The notes under the pieces were generated by a model. It did not search any database. It was not told the origin of the DNA and saw only the letters and a program-made list of their open reading frames with translations. A program made the position numbers and the translations under genes. From NCBI GenBank assembly GCA_026770705.1, contig JANJGN010000323.1, positions 496,001-560,000 of the forward strand: a DNA stretch of 64,000 bases. Direction: 5' to 3'. Position 1 is the first letter of the stretch. Every line of letters begins with the position of its first letter. The stretch comes from Isurus oxyrinchus. Lineage: Eukaryota. Positions 12,291 to 23,909 of the stretch are shown piece after piece.

Positions 12291-12407
12291 AAGAAAGATG
12301 AGAAGGATCTGGAAATGAAATCTAACCGCGGAGTCAATCCTGATACAGATGATGATCTTTACGCAAACTGTGATTTTGCCAAGGATTCTGTTTATGGGAA
12401 TTTATAA
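12291..12407 (+). CDS. Gene A: probable terminal cytoplasmic exon (KKDEKDLEMKSNRGVNPDTDDDLYANCDFAKDSVYGNL*)
   Basis: ctattacag acceptor, 117 nt ending in TAA; two tyrosine motifs, C-terminal SVYGNL fits the ITIM consensus. Confidence 0.7.
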   Translation, partial: KKDEKDLEMKSNRGVNPDTDDDLYANCDFAKDSVYGNL

Positions 12408-13524
12408 ACTGAGCAAGAATGAGACACACACAGTGTGGGGAGAATACAGAACGGGAGAATCAATCAAAACTCCAATTTACCTTCCTAATATCCACAGGAA
12501 CTCACTCCCAGGAAATAGATTTAAACCTCTTGTTACAATCTGATGGAATTTCTTTGGAATGATCTATCCAGGATGATTGTCTGTGGGTTTCAATTTGAAC
12601 ATCCTCCTTCAGAATTGTCCCTCCCTGTTGGAAACATCCTTCTCTCCATTCTGATTGTAAATGTCTTTAGATATCGTTCGATGATGTACCAGGACAGAAC
12701 GGACAAATTCAATCCCGTGTCCTTGATTATGAGTTAATTTTCATTCTGTTATTCACCTTCCTGTCTGTCAGTGTTTACAGAATATTCATCAGCCAGTGTA
12801 GACTTCAGGAAATGCAGGATCGGTGGATAATTGGAGCAGAGGAGATTGGTAAAATTTACTCAGCATTTTGTAGTCAAATGTATTTTCAGATATATATTTG
12901 GATTTTACACTTCATCGTTAAACAGCAAAACTAACTGCAATCCCGGAAACAGGGAAACAATTTGATTGGAGATTTGAGAAATTCTCTGCAGCTCAGAGGA
13001 TAACAGATGTGATACAGTGCCACCACTGGTGGCAGGACATCATTTCAGCGTGACATGTTTACATTGATGTTGCCAATGAACATAGGAAATTATGATGTGA
13101 AAAATTGGTTGCAGGTTTAACTTCTTCAATATGTCATGGATGGATGAGACAGCTTTGACAACAGAATGAGATATAGCTGCAATAAACCATCATTTTAGTC
13201 TTTCACACTTGGAGAGTACAATGAGCATCCATCCTGAAGGCTGAGTGGATGGGTGGACTGTGCGATGTGTTACAGATCACAGAGACCAACATCCTTGATC
13301 CTGGTTCTGCTCTGTGTTTGATGAGATACTTGGATAAAAGATTGGGAAAATAAATAATCCTCCGGCATTAACCTGTAACTGGTCTCTCCTTCTGTCAATG
13401 TCCTGAGGACAGAATTGGGTTCGAGGTCCAAAATCAGACATTCTTTGACTGCCCATTGAATAGGAACAGGAGGAGGCCATTCAGCCTCCTCGAACCTGCT
13501 ACACAGGAACAAGAGAGCACCTGA

Positions 13525-13737
13525 TACAAAAACAGAAAATGCTGGAGAAACTGAGTAGGTCTGGCAGCATCTGTGCAGAGATAAACAGAAATAACATTTC
13601 GAGTCCGTATGACCCTTCTTCAGAGTCTATAAGCAAGAAGTCTGTTTCTCTCTCCACAGCTGCTACCAGACCTGCTGAGTTAATGCAGCATTTTCTGTTT
13701 TTATTTCAGATTTACAGCATCTGCAGTATTTATTTTT
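13525..13737. mobile_element. Short Penelope-derived element with ~65-bp inverted ends and a minus-strand minimal hammerhead motif (13593-13623)
   Basis: aaaacagaaaatgctg...ggtctggcagca mirrored by tgctaccagacc...cagcattttctgtttt; similar to termini of the element at 58832-61156. Confidence 0.6.
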
Positions 13738-13739
13738 AA

Positions 13740-15060
13740 TGACAGGAGGACATTCAGCCTCTTGATCCTGTTACACAGGAACAGGAGGAGGCCATTCAGC
13801 CCCCTCGAGCCTGTTACACAGGAACAGGAGGAGGCACATTCAGCCCCTCGAGCCTGTTACACAGGAACAGGAGGAGGCCCATTCAGCCCCTCGAGCCTGT
13901 TACACAGGAACAGGAGGAGGCCCATTCAGCCCCCTCGAGCCTGTTACACAGGAACAGGAAGAGGCCCATTCAGCCTCTTGATCCTGTTACACAGGAACAG
14001 CAGGAGGCCATTCAGCCCCCTCGAACCTGTTACACAGGAACAGGAGGAGGCCCATTCATTCCCTCGAGCCTGTTACACAGGAACAGGAGGAGGCCCATTC
14101 AGCCCCCTCGAGCTTGTTACACAGGAACAGGAGGAGGCCCATTCATTCCCTCAAGCCTGTTACACAGGAACAGGAGGAGGACCATTCAGCCACTCAAGCC
14201 TGTTACATGAGGACAGGAGAAAGCCCATCAGCCTCTTGAGCCTATTATACAGGAACAGGAAAAGGACATTCAGTCCCTCAACACCCTTCCACAGGAACAG
14301 GAGAGAGTCTCAGCTCCTCGAGCCTGTTACCCAGGAACAGGAAGAGGACATTCAGTCTCTCAACCCACTTACACAGGAATAGGAAACCCATTCAGTCCCT
14401 CGTGCCTGTTACACAGGAAAAGGAGGAGGCCCATTCTGTTCCCTCGAGCCTGTTACACAGGAACAGGAGGAGGCCCATTCTGTCCCCTTGAGCCTGTTAC
14501 ACAGGTACAGGAGACCCATTCAGCCTCCACAAGCTTGTTACACAGGAACATTAGGGGCTCCATTTAGCCCCATCAAGCCTGTTACACAGGAACAGGAGGA
14601 GGCCCATTCAGCCACTCAAGCCTGTTAGATAGGAACAGGTGGAGGCCCATTCAGCCCCATGATGCTGTTACACAGGAACAGGAGGAGGCCCATTCTGTCC
14701 CCTTGAATCTGTTACACAGGAACAGGAGGTGGCCCATTCAGACCATCTAACCTGTAACACAGGAAAACAAGGAGATCCATTCAGCCTCTTGAGCCTGTTA
14801 CACAGGAACAGGAGGAGGCCTATTCGGACACTCGAGCCTGTTACACAAGGACAGGGGGAGGGCATTCAGCACCTGGAGCCTGTTACACAGGAACAGGAGG
14901 AGGCACATTCAGCCCTGCCAAAGACTGTTACACAGGAACAGGGGGAGGCTTAATCAGCCACACAATCATGTCACACTGGAACAGGAGGAGGCCCATTTAG
15001 ACCCCTCGAGCCTGTTACACAGGAACAGGAGGAGGCCCATTCAAACCCTCGAGCTTGTTG
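13740..15060 (+). repeat. 43-44-bp minisatellite, ~30 copies (gagcctgttacacaggaacaggaggaggcccattcagcccctc)
   Basis: Period measured at 13808/13851/13894/13938. Confidence 0.95.
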
Positions 15061-15164
15061 CATATGAACAGTCGATGGCCCTTCAACCACATTATTGGCA
15101 CGCAAAGGGTTAACAGTTTTCTAACAGTGCGAGGCAAAGAGTTGCTTTCTCACTTGGTACCAAG

Positions 15165-15184
15165 CACTTCCTCATTTTGACTCA
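15165..15184. promoter_or_regulatory. Gene B promoter: PU.1/ETS site (AAATGAGGAAGTG on minus) adjacent to AP-1 site (TGACTCA)
   Basis: cacttcctcattttgactca ~40 bp upstream of the putative first exon; conserved at paralogous promoters. Confidence 0.55.
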
Positions 15185-15220
15185 CAGTGACACATGCACC
15201 CTTTTTAATTAAACACAAAT

Positions 15221-15305
15221 AGGGAGCAGCACAGGAAGAGGTCATTCAGCCCAAGCAGAGCGTGTGGGCAGTTCCTCCCCAGGCGAGCAGTCGGACAGGT
15301 CCTCG
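15221..15305 (+). other. Gene B: putative non-coding first exon (start approximate)
   Basis: Conserved 85-nt block ending in a gtaagt donor, ~410 bp upstream of the leader exon acceptor; no AG at the homologous 5' edge. Confidence 0.55.
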
Positions 15306-15755
15306 GTAAGTAACGGAACGATTGGAATTCACTTCCACCACCAACACCGTCCTTTGTTGATGTTGTGACTTTATAAAGACAGATTCCAATGATTGATGCC
15401 TTTGAAAGATTTTTACTGATTATTGAATTCTGGGTGTGAGACTCAAGTCTGTTGTACAGAACATCTTTCTAGCTCAATGGATGAGGGAAGTGCAGGGACA
15501 TGAGATTTGGGATGTCCTGAGATAGTGAAAGGTGCTATAGAAATGCAAATCAATCATTGTTTGTCTTACTTAAAGACTTGTAACTCTCTGCAGAGCACCT
15601 ATCATCCCACAGAGAATCAAATTAGTCTGTGAAGACATTGTCTAAAAGCAGTTCTGATCTCTCGAGAGCTGTCGGACAAGAGGTGAGGTCTCATTAACTC
15701 CTTTCTCTTTCACAGCTTGAGAGTGAGAAGTGGATGGAATATCTGGGAGTGGACG

Positions 15756-15795
15756 ATGGTCGGGAAATCTTATTTCATCCTGTCACTTCTCCAAG
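15756..15795 (+). pseudogene. Gene B: leader exon (MVGKSYFILSLLQ)
   Basis: Acceptor at 15715, ATG, 40 coding nt, phase-1 donor gtaat; paralogous to 24501 and 46481. Confidence 0.75.
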
Positions 15796-16498
15796 GTAAT
15801 ATCATCATCAGCTCGGACAGATTTATGGTTAATATTCTTTGTAAAAGATCATTCTTATCTCTTTATCTCTGTAACCTCCTGCAACTCACCCAAACAACTT
15901 CCCAGATCTCTGTGTTACTCCAATTCCGGCCTCTTGACCATCCCCCGATTCCCATCACTCCAATACTGGCGGCCGGGCCTTCAGCTGCCTGGGGCCTGAG
16001 CTCTGGAATTCACTCCCTAAACCTCAGGGATGGAGGAGATCAGAGGGTTTCATTTTACTGAGAATCACCACGACGACATCACAGCTGCAGTCAGAATAGA
16101 CAGAGAGTCCAGCCCTCACACTTCCTGCACAGTTTCACCATAGCAACCACAATATGGAAATTTAAAAATACTGAAAGTTAAACTGAAGCTCAAACCAGTC
16201 AGTGTAGAGAGATGAGATGTTTACACAGTTTCCCTGTGTGTCTTGTAGACACTGTGTTGGATGGAAGACTGGCTTCACTAAACAGGGTCCTGAGGACCAT
16301 GAGCCAATGTAGAATGAACTTGTCCACTCCTGTGTCCAGGATTCTCTTCCCTCCATTGTGAAACCTTGGGGAGTTCCTTGTGTGTCCTGTAGATGGTCCA
16401 CACTGCAGCCACTGTGCCCCAGTGATGGAGAGGGTGGATATCGAGTCTAGTGGATCTACAAACTATCCAGAGTTAAATATTGATATTTCTCTCCCCAG

Positions 16499-16873
16499 TT
16501 GGACTGTCACAAGATTGAAAAGGCGACACTTCACGAGAGGTGACAGCGCAGGATGGTTCGTGTGTACAGATTCCATGTCATTACAGTTACTTATCAAATT
16601 TCATAGGGAGATCACGTGTCGGAATCTGCTTGAAAGGAATAGATGGGAACCCACAGCCGAAATGGTCTATAGCCTTTCATTCCGAGGGTCACAGTCACAG
16701 GGATCAAAGATTCCGCCATCGTACCCGGCTGTCTGGAGACCTGAAAGATGGCGACTGTTCCCTGATTATAAACAACATCAGACGGGAAGATGCAGGACCT
16801 TATTTTTTCAGAATAGAATTTGACAGCTGGAATAGATACAGCTACTATCCTGTAACCCAGCTTCACGTTTCTG
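16499..16873 (+). pseudogene. Gene B: Siglec-type V-set exon with a nonsense codon
   Basis: SCVQIPCHYSY...GDCSLIINNIRREDAGPYFFRIE; TGG>TGA at 16516-16518 relative to intact copies. Confidence 0.88.
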
Positions 16874-17347
16874 GTAAGTGCTGTGTTATAATTACTCAAC
16901 AATTCACATTCAACACTCAATGGGAGATAACACAAACTGTGACATTTACATATTAACACAAAACGCAGCTTATTATAACACACTGTCTGATTCTCAATAA
17001 CCTGGTGATAACTTCCAGTTCAGTCCTAAAGCAACCTCTAATACTCACTTTAATATCAATGATGAAAAGCATTAACTGTATTATCAGGTTACCACTCCCA
17101 TCAATCTCTCCTGTTCTGTTTAAAAGTCTGACGTATCGATAAAAGAAAGATGTGCATTTCTGCAGCGCAATTTACCACCTCAGGAGGATCCAAATCCCTT
17201 CACAGCCAATGAAATTATTCCTGAATTGTAGTCACAGATGTAAAACACAGCAGGCAGTTTGTGCACAGCAAGATCCAACAAACCACAAGGTGATAAATCA
17301 CCCAGATCACTGAGGAAATGAGAAGCCAGTGAACTCAAACCTCTGGT

Positions 17348-17378
17348 CTGATGAAGAGTCATACGGACTCGAAACGTT
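17348..17378 (+). ncRNA. Minimal hammerhead ribozyme motif in a Penelope-derived fragment (~17345-17480)
   Basis: CTGATGA-A-GAGTC-atacg-GACTC-GAAAC-GTT: conserved core, 5-bp stem II, minimal stem III. Confidence 0.55.
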
Positions 17379-17731
17379 AACCCTGTCTTCCTCTCCACTG
17401 ATACTGTCAGACCTGCTGAGTCTTTCCAGCAATTTTTGTTTTGGTTTCAGATTTCCAGCATCCGCAGTATTCTGCTTTTAACTCCAATCTCTGGTCTGAG
17501 CCTCTTCTCTCATCCAGTGTTCTCAATTCACATGTCTCGGAGTGAACGTGTATTAAGCTGAGAGACAGAAACACTACTGCCAAAGAGCAAGAAAATCTTT
17601 CCTGATCATTGTAACCTCTCAGTTCTGATATCATCCTTGTAAAAGTGCTTTTTCTTGTGGGACTGTGGTTTCTATTTGAACTGATGCTTCACATTATATT
17701 TCTCTAAAAGGACCCATTCTCTGTCTGTTAG

Positions 17732-18028
17732 ATTTCACAGATAAACCCACGATATTCCCTGCTGAAATTATTGCAGGAAAGCATGTGGATGTAAGCTGCA
17801 CCTTCAACACAACGTGCAATGGAACAGCAGCGCCTGTCTTAACCTGGGAAACTCCCACTGACGTACCTGGATCAGTCTCAAACACTGTAACTCAGCATGG
17901 TGTCACTCTGACCTATATTTCTGTTCTGACCCTGATCCCATCACTCAAACACCACGGACACACTCTCAGCTGCAGAGTGAGATATCCATCTGTTTCATCG
18001 GAGCGGACCCTCGTACTAACTGTGCAAG
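17732..18028 (+). pseudogene. Gene B: Siglec-type second Ig (C2) exon, open frame
   Basis: DFTDKPTIFPAEIIAG..CTFNTTC..VLTW..HGHTLSCRV..LTVQ; AG/GT; extra Cys typical of the Siglec D1-D2 disulfide. Confidence 0.85.
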
Positions 18029-18351
18029 GTAAGTACATACACCTTTCATTCTACATCAGCACTCCGTCAGCGCTGACCCTCTGACAGTGCAGCCCGTTCT
18101 CAGTGTCCACATTCTCAGACCTCTCAAAGTGCTTCACAGTCGATTGAAGTTAATTGATCTTTATTTGATTATTGCTGAATAAAGAGACAAGCTGTCTAAA
18201 GTTTACATCTCGCACACACCATTCTCCATGGCAACACGTCCACCTATCAGAGACCACTTGCCAACCAATCAGCACTCTCTTCCCATTAAGTATAAATTGT
18301 GGTTCACTTTCTGTTGGTAATCCTGTGAACGGGCTTCTTGATTCCTGCCCT

Positions 18352-18503
18352 GACATCTTAATGTCCAAATGAACAGAACAAGTTCCAACAATGAGCTGTG
18401 GTTGGTGATTCCTCCCATTACATATCGGGACACTGGAGACTATCAGTGTGTGGCAGAGAATGAACATAGAGCAGTGGAGGGGTTCATAACCATCACTGTG
18501 GAA
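18352..18503 (+). pseudogene. Gene B: 3' remnant of a repeat C2 exon (5' half replaced by unrelated sequence)
   Basis: MNRTSSNNELWLVIPPITYRDTGDYQCVAENEH...ITVE|gtgagt; acceptor and first Cys missing. Confidence 0.8.
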
Positions 18504-20175
18504 CGTGAGTGTACACAGACATCAACATCTCTCTCAGATTCAAACATTGCACAAACACACACAAATATACAGAACTAAATAGACACGTGCAGACACACAT
18601 GTATGAGCAATTACAAAGACACACTCACGAACAAACACACTAGCACACACTCCCCTGTGGCTTACCTGAGTACTGCACTGGAGAGTTGGCCTGAATTCTG
18701 GGATTTGTGTTCCCAATCATGTTTATGGAAGAATATGGAAATTACAAAGTCTATTACAGACAGTCAGATGCATAGAGACACTCACAGATACTCTCTGCCT
18801 CTCCAACTCTCTCTCTCCCTTTAAGAAGCTTCCTGAAAGCTAACCCTTCGAACAATCACCGGCCCCAACTCCTCCTTATCTGATTCTGTGTGATTTTGTT
18901 TGTATATCTGAGAGTAAGAGAGAGGTGGAGAGGTTTAGTTAGAGAATTCCTGCTGGTGAAAATCTTACATCATTTACTCACCTTTCCAGTGCACATATTT
19001 CCCAGTATGTCCAAGGCCCCTGTTTATAATGATGACTGCCTATGTAAACGTCACGCTGTAGTTACAGTCTCCCACCAGTGGTGGCATTGTAGCACTTAAT
19101 CCTTGTGTTTCCCAGCTTTTCAAGCAACTCCACTTCCCAGTTTGCTACATAAGCTGTGAGTTCATCAGAATTAAAGTATTTCTCAAATGATAGATTTGAT
19201 AATTCATTTTATTGAAAACTTCCTCAGTGCCTCCCTGAAGGGTTTACACTCTCTGGGAAGCAGGAATAGGCTGGATGTTGGGGAGTTCATCTTTTCCCAG
19301 AGAGTAGGGATCCTTGAGAATGTGCTGTCAGTGGGTGTGGTAGTTCCTGTTTCTCTGTCGCCTTCAAGAGGGATCTGGAGTGGTTACTGACTGGGGGAGA
19401 GATCATGGAAGCGGAGAATGATACAGCACAGGAGGAGGCCATTCAGCCCATTGAGGCTGTGCCAGGTCTTTCAATGTTCTATCCAATCAGATCCACTAAC
19501 CACCACTCCACTTTACCCCATCTTCCTCCTTCAAGTGTTTATCCAATTTCCCTTTTGAAAGTTCCTATTGAATCTGCTTCCACCGCCCTTTCAGGCAGCA
19601 CCTTCCAGATCACAACAACTCGCTCTGTCAAAACAAATTCTCCTCATCTCCCCCTCCAGTTGGTCAATCTGTGTCCCTCTGGTTACCGACCCTCCTGCCC
19701 CTTAAATACATCGATACTGTTCACCTCAACCACTCCCTGTGGGAGTGAGTTCCACATTCTCCCCTCTCTCTGGGTAAAGATTGGAACTGTTTATTAAGCG
19801 GGGGGTGTAAGTCCGTGGGGGAGTCCATCTCGATTCTGCCCGATTCGCACACGCATCCGAGATGGATTTCCACCCTGCACTAAACGTTTCCAGAATTTTC
19901 TACAGCACAATCCTGTACACAGCGATGGAGAGAAACATTGGACAGGGAGTCCAACAGCACAATGATCCATTCTCACCAATGTTCCACGCTAAGGGGAAAG
20001 TTCCGATTGTCCACTCTTAGAGTGTTTACAATGAAAACATTCATTCCACATTGAATCCCAGTGGATGGGTCAATATTACAGCAAATGTTGCAGTGATATG
20101 AAGCTTGATTGTTCAGCCAGAGTGAGAGATTGAAAGCGGAGAGTCAGTGATGATTTCTTTCTGTGTGTTCTCTAG

Positions 20176-20315
20176 ACAGTGGAGGAGAGATTCTGCACGT
20201 GATCCTGATCCTGGGAATACGAGCTGTGATATTCCTTGTGGCTGTGGTTATCACTATCACTGGAGTCTGTGTCTGGGAGAGACAAACAGTGAAAGGAAGT
20301 CGACAGACTGTTTGA
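20176..20315 (+). pseudogene. Gene B: TM + short tail exon with an intramembrane Arg (SGGEILHVILILGIRAVIFLVAVVITITGVCVWERQTVKGSRQTV*)
   Basis: ttctctag acceptor, phase 1, hydrophobic stretch containing CGA (Arg), stop at 20313-20315, no tyrosine. Confidence 0.75.
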
Positions 20316-20439
20316 AGCTTTGTACAGCAACAATCTGGTCAGTCAGTGCGGACAAATAACGTGTGATGTTGTGTTAAGTTGTAATGAAACTGGTCAGTGT
20401 CCTGGTTAGAATCACCTTCGTATCAGAGAGGCATTCCAG

Positions 20440-21020
20440 CACAGTAGGAGACCATTCAGCCCATTAAGTCCATGCTGTCTCTCTGTAGAGCAATCCAGTC
20501 AGTCCCATTCCCCCTCTCTATCCCTGTATCTCTACAAGTGTCCATCCAATTTCCTTTTGAAATCATTCATCGTCTCCGCTTCCACCATCCTCGTAGGCAG
20601 CGAGTTCCAGCTCATTACCACTCGCTGTGTAAAAAAGTTCCTCCTCACATCCCCCTCTGTCCAAAACCTTCAATCTGTGTCCCCCAGTCCTTGTCCCATC
20701 AGCTAATGGCAACAGCTTCTCTTTGTCTACCGTATGTAAACCCATCATCATCTTGTACACCTCGATCAGATCCCCCCTCAATCTCCTTTGCTCCAAGGAG
20801 AACAACCCCAGCTTCTCCAACCCAACCTTGTAGCTAAAATCCCTCATCCCTGGACCCATTCTGCTCAATCTCCTCCCCACCCTCTCAAGGACCCTCACTT
20901 CCTTCCCAAAGTGAGGAGACCAGAACTGGACACAATACTCTAGTTGTGACCTAACCAGAGCTTTATAAATGTTCAGCATAACCTCCCTGTGTTTGTACTC
21001 AATGCCTCGATTTATGAAAA
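20440..21020 (-). mobile_element. CR1 LINE 3' fragment
   Basis: YKALVRSQLEYCVQFWSP...LGLFSLEQRRLRGDLIEVYK. Confidence 0.9.
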
Positions 21021-21739
21021 GCTTATTCTTTCCATCAGCACAAACAGCAATTTCCAAGCGGACTCCCATCAGCAGACAGAGTGCAATGAAACATCGGCAT
21101 GCCTGCTTCTTAATGTACGGAGAGAAACCTGGAACGAGAGATTCTCCTTCTTCTCCTCAGCAAGCTGAAACTTTTCCTTATACCTGGTGCTCCCCAGTCC
21201 TGCTGTGTGGACACATCATACCACGGCATTGTCTGGCTGTGTGCAGCCAACATGGTCGAATAGGAATGAACAGAAATGTGACATTGCTAAACTCTGTTCT
21301 CTGATTGGAATGAGCTTTCTGAATGCTGCACCTTTTTCATGCTGCGATAGATTGTAAGAAGCATTTGGGTTATGAATAAAATTACATTGATTAACACAAG
21401 TGATTAAAATGTTCAGGCTTTTCTGTAGATACTTATGGATTAAAATTCTTATTTTGCTGCCAGATTCTTGGCTCAAAGACATTATTTCATGTTGTCACTT
21501 TTTCCAGTCTGATGAATTCCTGTGGCCATCTGTATAATGGAAATTTCCAATGTAAACACGTCACATTGCAGCTGCACACTCCTGCCAGTGGTGGTGCCAT
21601 TCCAAAACTGTCTTGCTGCACCAACACAGTGAGAATTATTCTCGACATGTACATGATGTTGTTATTACACAGACATCAGGCGGAATCTTGGGCTGTGCCT
21701 AGAATGCACTTAGGACATTGCAGACCACGCACAGAACTG

Positions 21740-23690
21740 ACAGTGCAGCGTTTCCTCAATCCTGACCCTCGGTCAGTGCAGCGCTCCCTCATTACTGTCC
21801 CTCTGACAGTGCTGCACTACCTCATTATTGACCCTTTTCAAGTGCAGCACCCTGTCAGCACTGACCTTCTGACAGTGCAGCACACCCTCATGGCTGACAA
21901 TCTGACAGTGCAGCACTCCCTCAGTACTCATCCACCCACAGTGCAGCACTCCCTCAGTACTGATCCTCTGACACTGTATCCCTCCCTCACTACTGACCTT
22001 CCGACAGTTCAGCACTCCCACGGTACACACCTTCTGACAGTGCAGCACTCCCTCATTACAGACTCTCTGACAGTGCAGCACTCCCTCAGTGCTAACCCTC
22101 CCACAGCGCAGCCCTCTCTCAGTACTCACCCTCCCACAGTGCAGCACTCCCTCAGTACTCACCCTCCCTCGGTGCTGTTCGAGTTGATTCAATCAAGACT
22201 GGTACCCAAAGAGGGAGGTTTCAATGCTAAATCATTGAATCGGTGAAAATTATTTTTAGGCTTACGGGAACAAGACTTAGTTCCTCAAATCCTTTCTTTT
22301 GCAATAACACACAGTACAAGAATTCTGTTTAAATAAATTCCAGTTAAACTTTGCCATGAAAGGATATCTTCTCACACTCGGCTCTACCTCAGTACTAACC
22401 CTCCCACAGTCCGGCACCCCCTCAATACTGACCCTCTGACTGTGCGGAACTCACTCAATACAGACCCGCCGACAGTTCAGCACTCCCACATTACTTACCC
22501 TCTGATAGTGCAGCGCTCCCTCATTACTGACCCTCTGACAGTGCAGCACTCCCTCATTACTGACCCTCTGACAGTGCAGCACTCCCTCATTTCCGACCCT
22601 CTGACAGTGCAGCACTCCCTCGGTACAGACGCACTGACAGTGCAGCACTCCCTCAGTACTCACCCTCCCACAGTGCAGCACTCTATCAGTACTCACCCTC
22701 CCACAGTGCAGCACTCCCTCAGTACTCACCCTCCCACAATGCAGCACTCTCTCAGTACTGACCCTCCCACAGTGCAGCCATCCCTCTGTACTCAACTTCC
22801 CACAGTGCAGCACTCCCTCAATTCTCACCCTCCCACAGTGCAGCCCTCCCTCTGTACACACCCTCCCACAGTGCAGCACTCCCTCAGTATTCCCCCTCCC
22901 ACAGTGCAGCACTCCCTCAGTACTCCCCCTCCCACAGTGCAGCACTCCCTCAGTACTCACCCTCCCACAGTGCTGTGCGAGTTGTTTCAATCAAGACTGG
23001 TGCACAAAGAGGGAGGTTTCAATGCTAAATCATTGAAATCGATGAAAATTATTTTTAGGCTTACGGGAACAAGACTTAGTTCCTCAAATCCTTTCTTTTG
23101 CAATAACACACAGTACAAGAATTCTGTTTAAATAAATTCCAGTTAAACTTTGCCATGAAAGGATATCTTCTCACACTCCGCTCTACCTCAGCACTAACCC
23201 TCCCACAGTCTGGCACCCCCTCAATACTGACCCTCCGACTGTGCTGAACTCACTCAGTGCAGACAATCTGACAGTGCAGCACTCCCTCATTACTGACCCT
23301 GTGACAGTGCAGCACTCCCTCAGTACTGAACCTCCGACAGTGCAGCACTCCCTCAGTACTGACCATCTGACAGTGCAGCACTCCCTCAGTACTGAACCTC
23401 TGACCGTGCAGCACTCCCTCATTACTGACCCTCTGACAGTGCAGCACTCCCACATTACTGACCCTCTGACAGTGCAGCACTCCCTCATTACTGACCCTCT
23501 GACAGTGCAGCAATCCCACATTACTGACCCTCTGACAGTGCAGCACTCCCTCATTACTGACCTTCTGACAGTGCAGCACTCTCCCATTACTGACCCTCTG
23601 ATAGTGCAGCACTCCCACATTACTGACCCTCCCACAGTGCAGCACTCCCACAGTAGATTCCCGCTGACAGTGCAGCACTCCCTCCGTAAT
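21740..23690 (+). repeat. 33-bp minisatellite (cagtgcagcactccctcagtactgaccctctga) in three blocks separated by a duplicated ~230-bp spacer
   Basis: 11-aa periodic ORFs; spacer at ~22170-22400 repeated at ~22970-23200. Confidence 0.93.
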
Positions 23691-23909
23691 GATAACAGGG
23701 ATCGTTGAAATGTATCATAAGGCCAGAGACCTGTATTGGGGACTCTATCGCCTGAGTTTCAGCCTCAGTGGTGAGGGGGAGGAGTCTAATCCCACGGAGC
23801 CAATGGAGAAGCTTCATGACTACAGCTGCCCAAATATGAGCTGACAGATCACACATGGTAAACGTTTTGCTGAGAGCACAAAACATCCTCGATCTTCTCA
23901 CTGATTACC

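Noticed and set aside
13018-13037. CTCF site
   Set aside because: Resembles the core but spacing deviates from the consensus; not supportable by eye
11884-15060. Repeat arrays as possible CRISPR
   Set aside because: Head-to-tail minisatellites without unique spacers, no cas genes, eukaryotic context
21512-23708. Long ORFs of TVQHSL repeats
   Set aside because: 33-bp minisatellite open by chance on both strands; no supporting exon structure
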